Assembly: GCF_031380695.1 (NCBI RefSeq)
Contig: NZ_JANMWY010000210.1
Coordinates: 1-33,937, forward strand
Length of the DNA: 33,937 nt
Source: Sphingomonas sp.
GTDB taxonomy: Bacteria > Pseudomonadota > Alphaproteobacteria > Sphingomonadales > Sphingomonadaceae
Direction: 5' to 3'
Made by a program: the position numbers and the translations under genes. This document shows positions 10,195-20,231 of the stretch, piece by piece. The notes under the pieces are model-generated. The model was not told where the DNA came from, did no database searches, and saw only the letters and a list, made by a program, of their open reading frames with translations. The stretch's first letter is position 1. The number at the start of each line of letters is the position of its first letter.

Positions 10195-10309
10195 TATCTT
10201 CAATCGACCTACCGTAAGGCTGCCGAGCGGATCACCGTGTCAGATTCCGCCCTGTCAATCGCCGCGAACCACGGCCCGCGGCGTTGCAAGCTGAGCGCCG
10301 ACGCGAAGC

Positions 10310-10337
10310 GGCCCGTCAGCCGACACTGGGCCTTTTT
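10310..10337 (+). terminator. Probable intrinsic terminator between the convergent oplA operon and dps
   Basis: Bulged stem GGCCC-GTC-agcc-GAC-act-GGGCC followed by TTTTT, 6 nt from the dps stop. Confidence 0.45.
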
Positions 10338-10343
10338 CGAAAC

Positions 10344-10937
10344 TCAGGCGACCAGTTGAGTTCCTGCCAGATGCTCCGCCACGAACCACACCTGCGGTTC
10401 GTTCGTCCGGATCACGTTGCTGACCAGCATGTCGTTCGTGCCGTCATCACCCGCTTCGTCGGCACTCGACGCACCTTCATGTGCTTGACGAAGGATGATC
10501 TCATGCGCCTCAAGCAGGCGGGCAAGTTGCGACGGCACATCCTCCCGACCCTTCGGGGGCCGCGGGATCTTGGTCATCTCGGCCACGTCGGGTGCCATCG
10601 CGATGCTGATTCCGCCAAGCGCCATGATCCGTTCGGCGATGAGATCGACGAGTGCAGCCTGCTCCTCGTAATGCTTGTCGAGGAGGAGGTGCAGCTGATA
10701 GAAAGTCGCGCCCGACATTTGCCAGTGATGCTTCTTGTATAGGTCGCGGATCGTCATCGTGTCGGCCAGTACCTGATTGAGGATCGCGACACTCTGCGCT
10801 CGGGCATTGTCCTCAAGGCCGATCGGCAGGTCCTTTAGCGTACCAAATGCCTGAATCTCGCGATATTCCACCTGGTATCGAGGTTGCGCCTCGTCGTTCG
10901 AGCTAGTGACTCGGGCGGGGGCAGACTTCTTGGCCAT
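10344..10937 (-). CDS. dps: Dps family DNA starvation/stationary-phase protection protein
   Basis: Ferroxidase motif KKHHWQMSGATFYQLHLLLDKHYEEQ...DLIAERI and DDGTNDML. AAGGAG Shine-Dalgarno sequence 5 nt upstream of the ATG. Confidence 0.93.
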   Translation of the reverse strand: MAKKSAPARVTSSNDEAQPRYQVEYREIQAFGTLKDLPIGLEDNARAQSVAILNQVLADTMTIRDLYKKHHWQMSGATFYQLHLLLDKHYEEQAALVDLIAERIMALGGISIAMAPDVAEMTKIPRPPKGREDVPSQLARLLEAHEIILRQAHEGASSADEAGDDGTNDMLVSNVIRTNEPQVWFVAEHLAGTQLVA

Positions 10938-10975
10938 GCGTGCTCCTTGTACAGCCGGGTTGGTCGGCGCTCGTC

Positions 10976-11000
10976 AACGGTATGCTTTGACGATGGTTCC
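10976..11000 (-). promoter_or_regulatory. EcfG/sigmaT general-stress promoter of dps
   Basis: Minus strand GGAAC-catcgtcaaagcatac(16 nt)-CGTT, an exact match to the GGAAC-N16/17-CGTT consensus, 38 nt upstream of the dps ATG. Confidence 0.8.
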
Positions 11001-11051
11001 CGTGTGCGGATGCCCACGCCATGTGTCGCCAGAGACCACAGCCGTCCTGCT

Positions 11052-12602
11052 CTAACGAGCCCAACCATCTGCAGCGGGCTGGAGCGTCTCGAGATAGGAA
11101 CTAGCGCTTGTTCGATATGCCTCGCGCGTTGCTTGATCCATTCGATCCCAGCTGGCGTAAATCTTCATCATTCGGCGATTGCGACGAAAGCGACGCTCGT
11201 GTCGGGCAAGGAAATCCCAATAGAGCGCGTTGAATGGACAGGCGTTAGGCCCGACCTTTTGCTTCACGTCGTAACGACAGCGACCACAATGATCGGACAT
11301 GCGGTTGATGTAGGCACCGCCGGCGGCATAGGGCTTAGTTGCAAGGCGACCGCCGTCGGCATGCTGGCTCATCCCGATTACGTTGGGCAGTTCGACCCAC
11401 TCATAAGCGTCGGCATATGCGACGAGGAACCAGTCGGCGACGTCCTGCGGCCGCACGCCGGCGAGCATGGCGAAATTGCCGAGCACCATCAGTCGCTGGA
11501 TGTGATGCGCATAGGCGTGATCGCGCGTGTTGCGGACGGCCTCGGCCATGCACAGCATGTCGGTTTCGCCAGTCCAGTAGAATTCGGGCAAGGGTCGCGT
11601 CGCACCAAGCGCATTGGCATTCGCGACCGCCGGCATCTCCAGCCAATAATAGCCGCGGACATATTCGCGCCAGCCGATGATCTGGCGGATGAAGCCTTCG
11701 GCCGCGTTGAGCGGCACACGGCCCGCTGCATAGGCATCGGCGGCCGCCTGCGCGACCTCGAGCGGCGTGAGCAGGCCCGTGTTCAACGCCGGGCTCAGCC
11801 AGCTGTGGAAGAGCCAGTCTTGCCCCGTCACCATCGCATCCTGATAGGTTCCGAAATCGGACAGCGCGGTCTTGATGAAGTGGTCTAGCGCCGCGTGTGC
11901 CTGGACAGTGGTCACGGGCAGGCCGAACTTCTCCAACCGCCCGAAATGATCAGCGAAGCGGTTGACAACCAGCGCCATGACCTCGCCGGTCGTCTCGTCA
12001 GGCGCGAAATGCAGCGGTTCGGGATATTTCATCCCGCACTTGGGCGGGGCCCGATTTTCCTTGTCGAGATTCCACTGACCGCCTTCGGGCTTGCCGTCGG
12101 CATCCATCAACAGCCCGGTCCTGCGGCGCATGTCGCGATAGAAATATTCCATCATGAGTCCGTTGCGCGACTGGGCCCAGGTCTGGAACTCGAGGATACC
12201 GCAGATGAAGCGGTCGTCGGCGATCACTTCTACCGGGATGCCGATTCGGCTCGTCCAGCCGTCGATCTCAGTCTTGACCCGCCACTCGCCCGGCTCGACG
12301 ATGCGGATCGATTCCGGGCGATGCCGATCGACCGCGCGCATGACTTCGCCGGTGAAGCTGCCGCAGTTGGCGGGATCGTCGAGGCGAACATAGTCCACCG
12401 TCCATCCGGCGTCGCAAAGTTCGCGCGCGAAGTGGCGCATGGCGGAGAGGATGAGCGCAATCTTGCGCTTGTGATGGCGAACGTAAGTGGTTTCCTCGGC
12501 GACTTCCATCATGAGGACGATTGCGCCGGACGGACCGACGTCCCGCAACGATGCCAGTGAGTGCGAAAGCTGATCGCCCAGGACGGGGATGAGAATGGTC
12601 AT
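11052..12602 (-). CDS. FeS-cluster bacterial cryptochrome/photolyase (FeS-BCP, PhrB/CryB-like, probable (6-4) photolyase)
   Basis: N-terminal LGDQL, HHKRKI...SAMRHF, MEYFYRDMRRR, GGQWNLDKENR, IRQIIGWREY, YAHHIQRLM. Four candidate FeS cysteines: MLCM, HCGRC, ACPFN. Confidence 0.9.
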   Translation of the reverse strand: MTILIPVLGDQLSHSLASLRDVGPSGAIVLMMEVAEETTYVRHHKRKIALILSAMRHFARELCDAGWTVDYVRLDDPANCGSFTGEVMRAVDRHRPESIRIVEPGEWRVKTEIDGWTSRIGIPVEVIADDRFICGILEFQTWAQSRNGLMMEYFYRDMRRRTGLLMDADGKPEGGQWNLDKENRAPPKCGMKYPEPLHFAPDETTGEVMALVVNRFADHFGRLEKFGLPVTTVQAHAALDHFIKTALSDFGTYQDAMVTGQDWLFHSWLSPALNTGLLTPLEVAQAAADAYAAGRVPLNAAEGFIRQIIGWREYVRGYYWLEMPAVANANALGATRPLPEFYWTGETDMLCMAEAVRNTRDHAYAHHIQRLMVLGNFAMLAGVRPQDVADWFLVAYADAYEWVELPNVIGMSQHADGGRLATKPYAAGGAYINRMSDHCGRCRYDVKQKVGPNACPFNALYWDFLARHERRFRRNRRMMKIYASWDRMDQATREAYRTSASSYLETLQPAADGWAR

Positions 12603-12695
12603 GCGGGTTCCTGTGTGTCCGGTCGTGCCTCCAGCGCCTGCTTGCCTACCGGTGATTTGGCCCGCGGCGGGACAACCGGTTCGGCGCCGGCGCCG

Positions 12696-14018
12696 TCACG
12701 AGATGCGGTGTGCCAGTTCCTTGTTGATGCCCAGCGCGATCAACGTACCAATCGCACCGGAAAGAAGGTAGGCACCCGCCGCCACCAAGCCGAACCTGCT
12801 TGCCAGCACCAGCCCGACGAGCGGTGCGAAGCCGGCGCCGACGAGCCAGGCGAGGTCTGAGGTGAGCGCGGCACCGGTATAACGGCGCGAGCTCCCGAAA
12901 TTGGCGGCGACAGCGCCTGAGGACTGGCCAAAGGCAAGTCCCATCAGGGTGAAGCCGACGACCATGAACACCACTTCACCCACTGCGCCGCCGTCGAGAA
13001 GCTGTGGCGCAAATCCGCTGAATACCGCGATGCCTGCCGCCGATACGCCGAGAAGATAGCGCCGGCCAACGCGATCAGCAATTAGCCCCGATGCGACGAC
13101 GGCAATTGTTCCGACGACGCCACCAACAATCTCGATCCCGAGGAAACGCGCTGCGCTCTCACCCGTAAAGAGTACAATCCAGGAAAGCGGAAAAACCGTG
13201 ACCATATGAAATAAGGCGAAGCTCGCCAGCGGTGCAAAGGCGCCGATGACGATGTTGCGCCAGTCGCTTCGCACCGTATCGATCAAGCGTGACGGCTGCA
13301 GCTCGCGGCTTTCGAACAGCGCTGCATAATCGGGCGTCGAAACCATCCTCAACCGCGCGAACAAGGCAACGACGTTGATCGCGAAGGCAACGAAAAAGGG
13401 GTAGCGCCAGCCCCAGTCGAGGAAGTCTGCGGGTGACAGGGTCGTGATGAAAAAGGCGAACAGTCCGCTCGCCACGATCAATCCGAGCGGCGCGCCAAGC
13501 TGCGGAATCATCGCGTACCAGCCGCGCTTATTCTCTGGCGCGTTGAGCGCGAGCAAGGACGACAGGCCGTCCCATTGCCCACCAAGCGCGATGCCTTGGC
13601 CGATGCGGAACGCGGCCAGCAACACGGCCGACCAGATGCCGATCGTGTCATAGCCTGGCAAAAAGGCGACGGCGGCGGTCGATCCGCCGAGCAGGAATAG
13701 GGCAATCGTCAACTTCGTACCGCGCCCGAGGACGGCATCAATGCCAAGGAAAATGAGCGAACCGATTGGCCGCGCCACGAACGCGAGCGCGAAGATGGCG
13801 AAGGAATAGACGGTGCCGGTGAGGCGATCGACGTAGGGGAAGACCAGGGTCGGGAAGACAAGCACTGAAGCGATCGCATAAACGAAGAAGTCGAAGAATT
13901 CCGACGTCCGCCCGATGACGACTCCGATCGCAATCTCGCTCGGTGCGATGTCGCCGTGCCGGGCATTGATCGCGCGAGCATCGCGTTCCGCGACCTGGGA
14001 TGCGGTGGGGGCATTCAT
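12696..14018 (-). CDS. MFS transporter (metabolite:H+ symporter-like), divergent from cyoA
   Basis: About 12 hydrophobic segments, with EFFDFFVY, ARPIG, WGWRYPFF and ADRVGRR motifs. Confidence 0.88.
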   Translation of the reverse strand: MNAPTASQVAERDARAINARHGDIAPSEIAIGVVIGRTSEFFDFFVYAIASVLVFPTLVFPYVDRLTGTVYSFAIFALAFVARPIGSLIFLGIDAVLGRGTKLTIALFLLGGSTAAVAFLPGYDTIGIWSAVLLAAFRIGQGIALGGQWDGLSSLLALNAPENKRGWYAMIPQLGAPLGLIVASGLFAFFITTLSPADFLDWGWRYPFFVAFAINVVALFARLRMVSTPDYAALFESRELQPSRLIDTVRSDWRNIVIGAFAPLASFALFHMVTVFPLSWIVLFTGESAARFLGIEIVGGVVGTIAVVASGLIADRVGRRYLLGVSAAGIAVFSGFAPQLLDGGAVGEVVFMVVGFTLMGLAFGQSSGAVAANFGSSRRYTGAALTSDLAWLVGAGFAPLVGLVLASRFGLVAAGAYLLSGAIGTLIALGINKELAHRIS

Positions 14019-14038
14019 CGATTACGGTTCCTCGACCC

Positions 14039-14054
14039 TGCGGCATGCTGCCGG
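14039..14054. promoter_or_regulatory. Possible RegA/PrrA/RegR-type box
   Basis: TGCGGCATGCTGCCGG contains the inverted repeat CGGCA-N3-TGCCG and is close to the GCGGC-N5-GNCGC consensus. Confidence 0.35.
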
Positions 14055-14090
14055 TCGATCATCAGATGCCCCATAGCGTGATCCGGGGAT

Positions 14091-14109
14091 ATTGGACAAA
14101 ATGTCCAAT
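14091..14109. promoter_or_regulatory. Palindromic operator upstream of cyoA, candidate site for the operon-linked RegA-type regulator
   Basis: Perfect inverted repeat ATTGGACA-aaa-TGTCCAAT in the roughly 125-bp divergent promoter region. Confidence 0.6.
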
Positions 14110-14143
14110 GTTGCGCTGCAGCGACCGCGCCTAATTGCTTGGC

Positions 14144-15229
14144 ATGTTGTTGTCCCGCCGCTCCGCGGTCACCCCGCTTGTGATCCTTCGCCTCCTGCCG
14201 CTCGCCGTGCTGCCCGGGTTGCTCGGCGGCTGCAACATGGTCGTGATGAACCCGATGGGCGATGTCGCGCTCCAGCAGCGTAACCTGGTGATCTTCGCCA
14301 CCGCGCTGATGCTGCTGATCGTCATCCCAGTCATCGCTCTCGTCGGGATCTTCGCCTGGCGATATCGTGCAAGCAATACAGCGGCGCGCTACGAGCCGGA
14401 CTGGGATCACTCGACCCAGCTCGAGTTGGTGATCTGGGCAGCGCCCCTGCTAATCGTGATCTGTCTGGGGGCGGTGACGTGGACCGGAACGCACCTGCTC
14501 GACCCCTATCGGCCGATCGAACGGCTGGCGAAAGGCCGCCCGATGCCGCCCGGCACGAGGCCGCTCGAGGTCCAGGTCGTCGCGCTCGATTGGAAATGGC
14601 TGTTCATCTATCCCGAATATGGCGTGGCGACGGTCAACGAGCTGGCCGCACCGGTCGATCGGCCAATCAACTTCCGGCTGACCTCGTCGTCGGTGATGAA
14701 CGCCTTCTACGTGCCGACGCTCGCCGGAATGATTTACGCGATGCCGTCGATGGAGACGAGGCTCCACGCGGTCATCAACACGCCAGGCAATTATGCCGGC
14801 TTCTCCTCCAACTACAGCGGTGCGGGTTTTTCGGGCATGCGCTTCCGTTTTCACGGAATGGACAATGCGGCCTTCGCGGCGTGGATCGCGCGTAACAGGG
14901 CGGCGCCGACGACCTTGTCGCACACGGCCTACCTGGCGCTCGAGAAGCCGACCGAGAATGCCCCGGTGATACGCTTTGCGTCGATTGCGCCGGGGCTGTT
15001 CGACGCGGTCGTCAGCCAGTGCATCGCGCCCGGCACGACTTGCCCGAGTCCCAAGATGCGCAAGGATACGGGCGTTGTGACTGGCATGAAGCACCTGCCC
15101 AGCGTGCCGACGCCGAAGATCGCGCGACCGGCGCTGACCGGTGGCGACGCCGGTGAAGCGCCGCCCAAAAGCCCGCGAGACGTGCAGCAGCGCAGCAACG
15201 CGTCGCCGTCCAATCCGACAACGCTGTGA
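14144..15229 (+). CDS. cyoA: Ubiquinol oxidase subunit II (lipoprotein)
   Basis: Lipobox LGGC, two TM helices, [44 protein letters not shown]. No CuA ligands. Start uncertain (14144 or 14180). Confidence 0.93.
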   Translation: MLLSRRSAVTPLVILRLLPLAVLPGLLGGCNMVVMNPMGDVALQQRNLVIFATALMLLIVIPVIALVGIFAWRYRASNTAARYEPDWDHSTQLELVIWAAPLLIVICLGAVTWTGTHLLDPYRPIERLAKGRPMPPGTRPLEVQVVALDWKWLFIYPEYGVATVNELAAPVDRPINFRLTSSSVMNAFYVPTLAGMIYAMPSMETRLHAVINTPGNYAGFSSNYSGAGFSGMRFRFHGMDNAAFAAWIARNRAAPTTLSHTAYLALEKPTENAPVIRFASIAPGLFDAVVSQCIAPGTTCPSPKMRKDTGVVTGMKHLPSVPTPKIARPALTGGDAGEAPPKSPRDVQQRSNASPSNPTTL

Positions 15230-15240
15230 CCGGAACGACA

Positions 15241-17250
15241 ATGCAGACGACCACCAGCCCCGCGCTGAGCCCGATCTTCGGCCGCTTCACGATCGAAGCC
15301 CTGCCGCTTCACGAACCAATCGTCGTGGCGACGTTCGTCGCGGTTGCGATCGGCGGCATTGCAGTCCTGGCCGGCGTCACGAAATTCAGGCTGTGGGGCT
15401 ATCTGTGGAAGGAGTGGTTCACCAGCGTAGATCACAAGAAGATCGGGGTCATGTACATGATTCTCGGCATCGTCATGCTGGTCCGCGGTTTTTCCGACGC
15501 GATCATGATGCGGCTTCAGCAGGCGATGGCGTTCAACGGTTCGGAAGGATATCTCAACGCGCACCACTACGACCAGGTGTTCACCGCCCACGGCGTCATC
15601 ATGATCTTTTTCGTCGCGATGCCGATCGTGACCGGGCTGATGAATTATGTCGTCCCGTTGCAGATTGGTGCGCGCGACGTGTCGTTCCCGTTCCTCAATA
15701 ATTTCAGCTTCTGGATGACCGCTGGTGGCGCGGTGACCGTGATGATGAGCCTGTTCCTCGGCGAATTCGCCCAGACTGGCTGGCTGGCCATGCCGCCCTT
15801 GTCGGGCATCTCGGCCAGCCCCGGGGTCGGCGTCGATTATTACATCTGGGCGTTGCAGATTGCTGGCATCGGTACCCTGCTGTCGGGCGTCAACCTGATC
15901 GCGACCATCGTGAAGATGCGCGCGCCCGGCATGTCGATGATGAAGATGCCGATCTTCTGCTGGACGGCATTGTGCACCAACATCCTGATCGTCGCGGCCT
16001 TCCCGGTGCTGACCGCAGTGCTCGCGCTGCTCAGCCTCGATCGCTACGCCGGCACGGCGTTCTTTACGAACACGCTGGGCGGCAACCCGATGATGTACGT
16101 CAACCTCATCTGGATCTGGGGCCATCCGGAGGTCTATATTCTCATCCTGCCAATGTTTGGCGTGTTCAGCGAGGTGACCTCGACCTTCTCGGGCAAGCGC
16201 CTCTTCGGCTACACTTCCATGGTCTACGCGACCCTGGTCATCACGTTGCTGGCCTACCTCGTGTGGTTGCACCACTTCTTCACCATGGGATCGGGCGCCA
16301 GCGTCAATTCCTTCTTCGGCATTACCACGATGATCATCTCGATACCCACGGGTGCGAAGATCTTCAACTGGCTGTTCACCATGTACCGCGGCCGCGTGCG
16401 GTTCGAGCTGCCGATGATGTGGACGATCGCATTCATGATCACCTTCACACTTGGTGGAATGACGGGGGTACTGCTTGCCGTCCCGCCGGCTGACTTCGTC
16501 CTTCACAACTCGCTGTTTCTGGTCGCTCATTTCCATAACGTGATCATCGGCGGCGTGCTGTTCGGAGCCTTCGCGGCGATCAATTACTGGTGGCCCAAGG
16601 CATTCGGCTTCAAGCTCGACCAGCGCTGGGGCAAGCGGTCGTTCTGGTTGTGGGTGATCGGCTTTTATTTCGCGTTCATGCCGCTCTATGTTCTGGGCTT
16701 GATGGGCGTGACGCGGCGCCTGCGCACGTTCGACGATCCAAGCCTCCAGATCTGGTTCGTCATCGCCGCGTTCGGGGCATTCCTGGTCGCGCTGGGGATC
16801 GCCGCCATGCTGGTGCAATTTGCCGTCAGCATCCGTGACCGTAAGACGCTGCGCGACGTGACGGGCGATCCGTGGAACGGCCGGACGCTCGAATGGGCAA
16901 CTTCGTCGCCTCCGCCCGATTATAATTTCGCCTTCACGCCCGTAATTCATGACGGTGACGCGTGGGCCGACATGAAGGTCCGCGGCTATCAGCGTCCGAC
17001 CACCGGCTTCCGCGATATCCACATGCCGAGCAACACCGGTACTGGCGTCATCCTCGGCGCACTCAGCGTCGGCTTCGGCGTTGGGATGATCTGGTACATG
17101 TGGTGGCTGGCGGTGGTTAGCTTTGCCTGCATCGTCGCGGTATTGATCGGCCATTCTTTCAACTATTCGCGCGACTTCCACATCCCGGCCGCGGACGTGA
17201 CCGCGACGGAAGACGCCCGCACCGCAACCCTCGCGGGAGTGATGGCATGA
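15241..17250 (+). CDS. cyoB: Cytochrome bo3-type ubiquinol oxidase subunit I
   Basis: [56 protein letters not shown]. The ORF track uses GTG 15226, which overlaps the cyoA stop and is an alternative start. Confidence 0.96.
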   Translation: MQTTTSPALSPIFGRFTIEALPLHEPIVVATFVAVAIGGIAVLAGVTKFRLWGYLWKEWFTSVDHKKIGVMYMILGIVMLVRGFSDAIMMRLQQAMAFNGSEGYLNAHHYDQVFTAHGVIMIFFVAMPIVTGLMNYVVPLQIGARDVSFPFLNNFSFWMTAGGAVTVMMSLFLGEFAQTGWLAMPPLSGISASPGVGVDYYIWALQIAGIGTLLSGVNLIATIVKMRAPGMSMMKMPIFCWTALCTNILIVAAFPVLTAVLALLSLDRYAGTAFFTNTLGGNPMMYVNLIWIWGHPEVYILILPMFGVFSEVTSTFSGKRLFGYTSMVYATLVITLLAYLVWLHHFFTMGSGASVNSFFGITTMIISIPTGAKIFNWLFTMYRGRVRFELPMMWTIAFMITFTLGGMTGVLLAVPPADFVLHNSLFLVAHFHNVIIGGVLFGAFAAINYWWPKAFGFKLDQRWGKRSFWLWVIGFYFAFMPLYVLGLMGVTRRLRTFDDPSLQIWFVIAAFGAFLVALGIAAMLVQFAVSIRDRKTLRDVTGDPWNGRTLEWATSSPPPDYNFAFTPVIHDGDAWADMKVRGYQRPTTGFRDIHMPSNTGTGVILGALSVGFGVGMIWYMWWLAVVSFACIVAVLIGHSFNYSRDFHIPAADVTATEDARTATLAGVMA

Positions 17251-17867
17251 ACCAGAGCGCCACCTTCGACCCCGACCTGTTTCACCTCGCGGAGGAGGTG
17301 CATCATCCAGAAGGATCGAGCACGATGCTCGGCTTCTGGATCTATCTGATGAGCGACTGCCTGGTCTTCGCGATGCTGTTCGCGACCTACGCAGTCCTCG
17401 GCAGCAGCTATGCCGGCGGTCCCGGGCCCAAGCAATTGTTCGATCTTCCGCTCGTGGCGCTCAACACGACGATGCTGCTGTTGTCGTCGATCACTTACGG
17501 CTTTGCGATGCTGGCGATGAACGAAAGCAAGCGCGGCGTGATGCAGGCCTGGCTGGCGGTCACGGCCGTGTTCGGCCTCGCCTTCCTGGGCATCGAACTG
17601 AGCGAGTTCAGCCACCTGATCTATAACGGCGCGACACCGCAGAGCAGCGCGTTCTTGTCCGCCTTCTTCACATTGGTCGGAACGCACGGCCTCCACGTCA
17701 CCTTCGGAGTGATCTGGCTGGTCGTGCTGATGGTTCAAGTCCAGGTTAAGGGCCTGATTCCCGCCAATCGCCGCCGCCTGATGTGCCTCAGTCTGTTCTG
17801 GCACTTCCTCGACGTCATCTGGATTGGCGTCTTCACCTTCGTCTATCTGACGGGAATGCTGCGATGA
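17247..17867 (+). CDS. cyoC: Ubiquinol oxidase subunit III
   Basis: [35 protein letters not shown] overlap with cyoB. Confidence 0.95.
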   Translation: MNQSATFDPDLFHLAEEVHHPEGSSTMLGFWIYLMSDCLVFAMLFATYAVLGSSYAGGPGPKQLFDLPLVALNTTMLLLSSITYGFAMLAMNESKRGVMQAWLAVTAVFGLAFLGIELSEFSHLIYNGATPQSSAFLSAFFTLVGTHGLHVTFGVIWLVVLMVQVQVKGLIPANRRRLMCLSLFWHFLDVIWIGVFTFVYLTGMLR

Positions 17868-18232
17868 GTGCCTCGCCCCACGCCGATCCGGCCACTCACA
17901 TTGACGAGGAGACGCATGGGTCGCGCAAGGATTACCTGATCGGCTTCGTGCTCGCGGTGGTGCTGACGGCGATCCCGTTCTGGCTGGTGATTACGCGCCC
18001 GTTGGCGAGCCAGGCGACGGCGCTGATCATCATGGCGTTCGCTGCGGTGCAGATGGTCGTCCACATGATCTACTTCCTGCACATGAGTCGGCGGGCGCAG
18101 GGCGGCTGGTCGATCATGGCACTGCTGTTCACGGTCGTCCTCGTCCTAATTGCGCTCAGCGGGTCGCTGTGGGTGATGTATCACATGAATTCGAATATGA
18201 TGCCCGGAATGGACATGAGTTCGACGGGGTGA
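17864..18232 (+). CDS. cyoD: Ubiquinol oxidase subunit IV
   Basis: YLIGFVLAVVLTAIPF, VQMVVHMIYFLHM, GSLWVMYHMN. ATGA overlap with cyoC gives start 17864. Confidence 0.93.
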   Translation: MSASPHADPATHIDEETHGSRKDYLIGFVLAVVLTAIPFWLVITRPLASQATALIIMAFAAVQMVVHMIYFLHMSRRAQGGWSIMALLFTVVLVLIALSGSLWVMYHMNSNMMPGMDMSSTG

Positions 18233-18924
18233 GGAACGCCCGACGCCCGGTGGCGCTTATCGCGATTGCAGGAGCGTGGATCGTAGCGATCCTGGCGTTG
18301 CTGTCGCTCGGTACTTGGCAAGTCGAGCGCTTGGCGTGGAAACGCAACTTGATCGCGCAGGTCGCTACACGACTGGCCGCGAAGCCGGTGCCAGCGCCTA
18401 TCGCCGCCGGCCCGGAAGACGCCTATCGCCGCGTCACCGCGATCGGTATTTTCAAGCCCGCACGCGATAGTTTCGTCCAGGCATCGACCGTTAGCGGTCC
18501 CGGCTGGTGGGTGATCACTCCGTTGCACACCGCCGACAGCCGCGTCATCATGATCAACCGCGGCTATGTTCCGGCGCGCACCGCGCCACCGTCTGCTTCC
18601 GGGATCGTTACCGTGACAGGTCTGCTGCGCATGACCGAGCCGGGCGGCGGGTTCCTGCGAAGCAACGACCCCGCTGCAGATCGCTGGTATTCGCGGGATG
18701 TTGCCGCGATCGCCGCCCGGCGCGGGCTGGGGATTACGGCCCCCTATTTCATCGACGCCGATGCGACCAATGCGACCGGGCCTGTCGGCGGACTGACCGT
18801 GGTACGCTTCAGCAATAATCATCTGGCCTATGCGATCACTTGGTTCATACTCGCGATCATGGCAGTCGGGGGCTTCATATACTGGTTTGCAGCGAGTCGT
18901 CGCAGCGCCGAATCGAACGAATGA
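18229..18924 (+). CDS. SURF1 family heme-copper oxidase assembly protein
   Basis: LGTWQVERLAWK, INRGYVP, PYFIDAD, NNHLAYAITWF. GTGA overlap with cyoD. Confidence 0.92.
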   Translation: MRNARRPVALIAIAGAWIVAILALLSLGTWQVERLAWKRNLIAQVATRLAAKPVPAPIAAGPEDAYRRVTAIGIFKPARDSFVQASTVSGPGWWVITPLHTADSRVIMINRGYVPARTAPPSASGIVTVTGLLRMTEPGGGFLRSNDPAADRWYSRDVAAIAARRGLGITAPYFIDADATNATGPVGGLTVVRFSNNHLAYAITWFILAIMAVGGFIYWFAASRRSAESNE

Positions 18925-20231
18925 CCCGCAGTCTGATGGTCCGACCGACGCTCGCGACCATCGATGCCGCCGGTCACGCGAACATGGTCCAGCTGGTGCA
19001 GTTGCGTTGGCTCGCGGTGGCGGGGCAACTCGCCACCATCCTGCTGACCCAGGCATATTTTCAGATCCGCCTGCCAATGGTGGCGATGCTTGGGGTCCTA
19101 TCGGGCCTTGTCCTCCTCAACGCCGCCAGCCTTGCGCTGTTGCGGTCCATCGGACCGATCACCAACGGGGCGTTGTTCGGAGCCCTTCTGCTCGACGTCG
19201 CAGCGCTGACCGCCCAGCTATATCTCAGCGGAGGGGCGACCAATCCGTTCGTCTCACTGTTCCTCCTGCAGGTTGTGCTCGGGTCGGTACTGCTTGATCG
19301 GTGGTCGAGCTGGATGCTCGTCGCCGCGACCAGCATCGCCTTCGCGCTCCTGACCGCCTTTTATCGCCCGATCACTCTTCCGCCGACGATCGACCGCAGC
19401 CTGTTCGAGCTTCACGTGCAGGGAATGTGGGTCTGTTTTGCGCTGGTCGCGGTGTTGCTGGTACTCTTCGTTTCCCGGATCAATGCTAACCTCCGCCTGC
19501 AAGACATCCGCCTCGCCGCTGTCCAGCGGCAGGCTGTCGAGGAAGAGCATATCGTGCGGATCGGAATGCTCGCCTCGGGCGCGGCGCACGAACTCGGCAC
19601 GCCTCTGTCGTCGCTGGCGGTGATCCTGGGGGACTGGCGGCACGTGGACGCTATCGCGCACGATCCCGATCTTGTCCGCGATGTTGAGGTCATGCAGGCC
19701 GAGATCCAGCGCTGCAAGGCGATCGTCACCAGCATCCTCATGTCATCGGGCGATCCGCGCGGCGAGGAGGCGGCAGCGACGACGGTGCGTCACCTGTTTA
19801 CCAGAATCGTTGCTGACTGGTCGAAGGCGCGAGACTTCAAGCCAGTCCGCTACGACGATCGCTTCGGCGTGGACGTGCCGATCGCTTCGGACGTCGTGCT
19901 GCAGCAAGCCGTCTTCAACCTGCTTGACAATGCAGCGGAGGTGTCGCCCGGCGGTTTCGACGTCATGCTCTCGCGTGAGGATGACATGCTAGTGCTAACG
20001 GTCCGCGACCAGGGACCAGGCTTTGCGCCCGAGCAACTCGACAACCTCGGCAAACCCTATAACAGCAGAAAGGGCGAACTTGGCCGCGGGCTGGGATTGT
20101 ACTTGGTCGGCAACGTCGCGCGCAAGCTTGGCGGCACATTGGAGGCGCGCAACGCCGCAACCGGTGCGGAGGTGACGATCCGGCTGCCGCTTGCGGCAAT
20201 CCGACTGGGAAGCAAAGTCGATGTCCGATAG
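18921..20231 (+). CDS. RegB/PrrB/ActS-family sensor histidine kinase
   Basis: LRWLAVAGQ, quinone-site motif GGATNPF, H-box AAHELGTPL, redox Cys in QRCK, NLLDNA, DQGPGF, GLGL. ATGA overlap with surf1. Confidence 0.92.
   Translation: MTRSLMVRPTLATIDAAGHANMVQLVQLRWLAVAGQLATILLTQAYFQIRLPMVAMLGVLSGLVLLNAASLALLRSIGPITNGALFGALLLDVAALTAQLYLSGGATNPFVSLFLLQVVLGSVLLDRWSSWMLVAATSIAFALLTAFYRPITLPPTIDRSLFELHVQGMWVCFALVAVLLVLFVSRINANLRLQDIRLAAVQRQAVEEEHIVRIGMLASGAAHELGTPLSSLAVILGDWRHVDAIAHDPDLVRDVEVMQAEIQRCKAIVTSILMSSGDPRGEEAAATTVRHLFTRIVADWSKARDFKPVRYDDRFGVDVPIASDVVLQQAVFNLLDNAAEVSPGGFDVMLSREDDMLVLTVRDQGPGFAPEQLDNLGKPYNSRKGELGRGLGLYLVGNVARKLGGTLEARNAATGAEVTIRLPLAAIRLGSKVDVR

Noticed and set aside
10884-11888. 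334-aa plus-strand ORF
   Set aside because: Antisense to the photolyase and overlapping dps; no recognisable motifs.
14929-17181. 750-aa minus-strand ORF
   Set aside because: Antisense shadow of cyoB.
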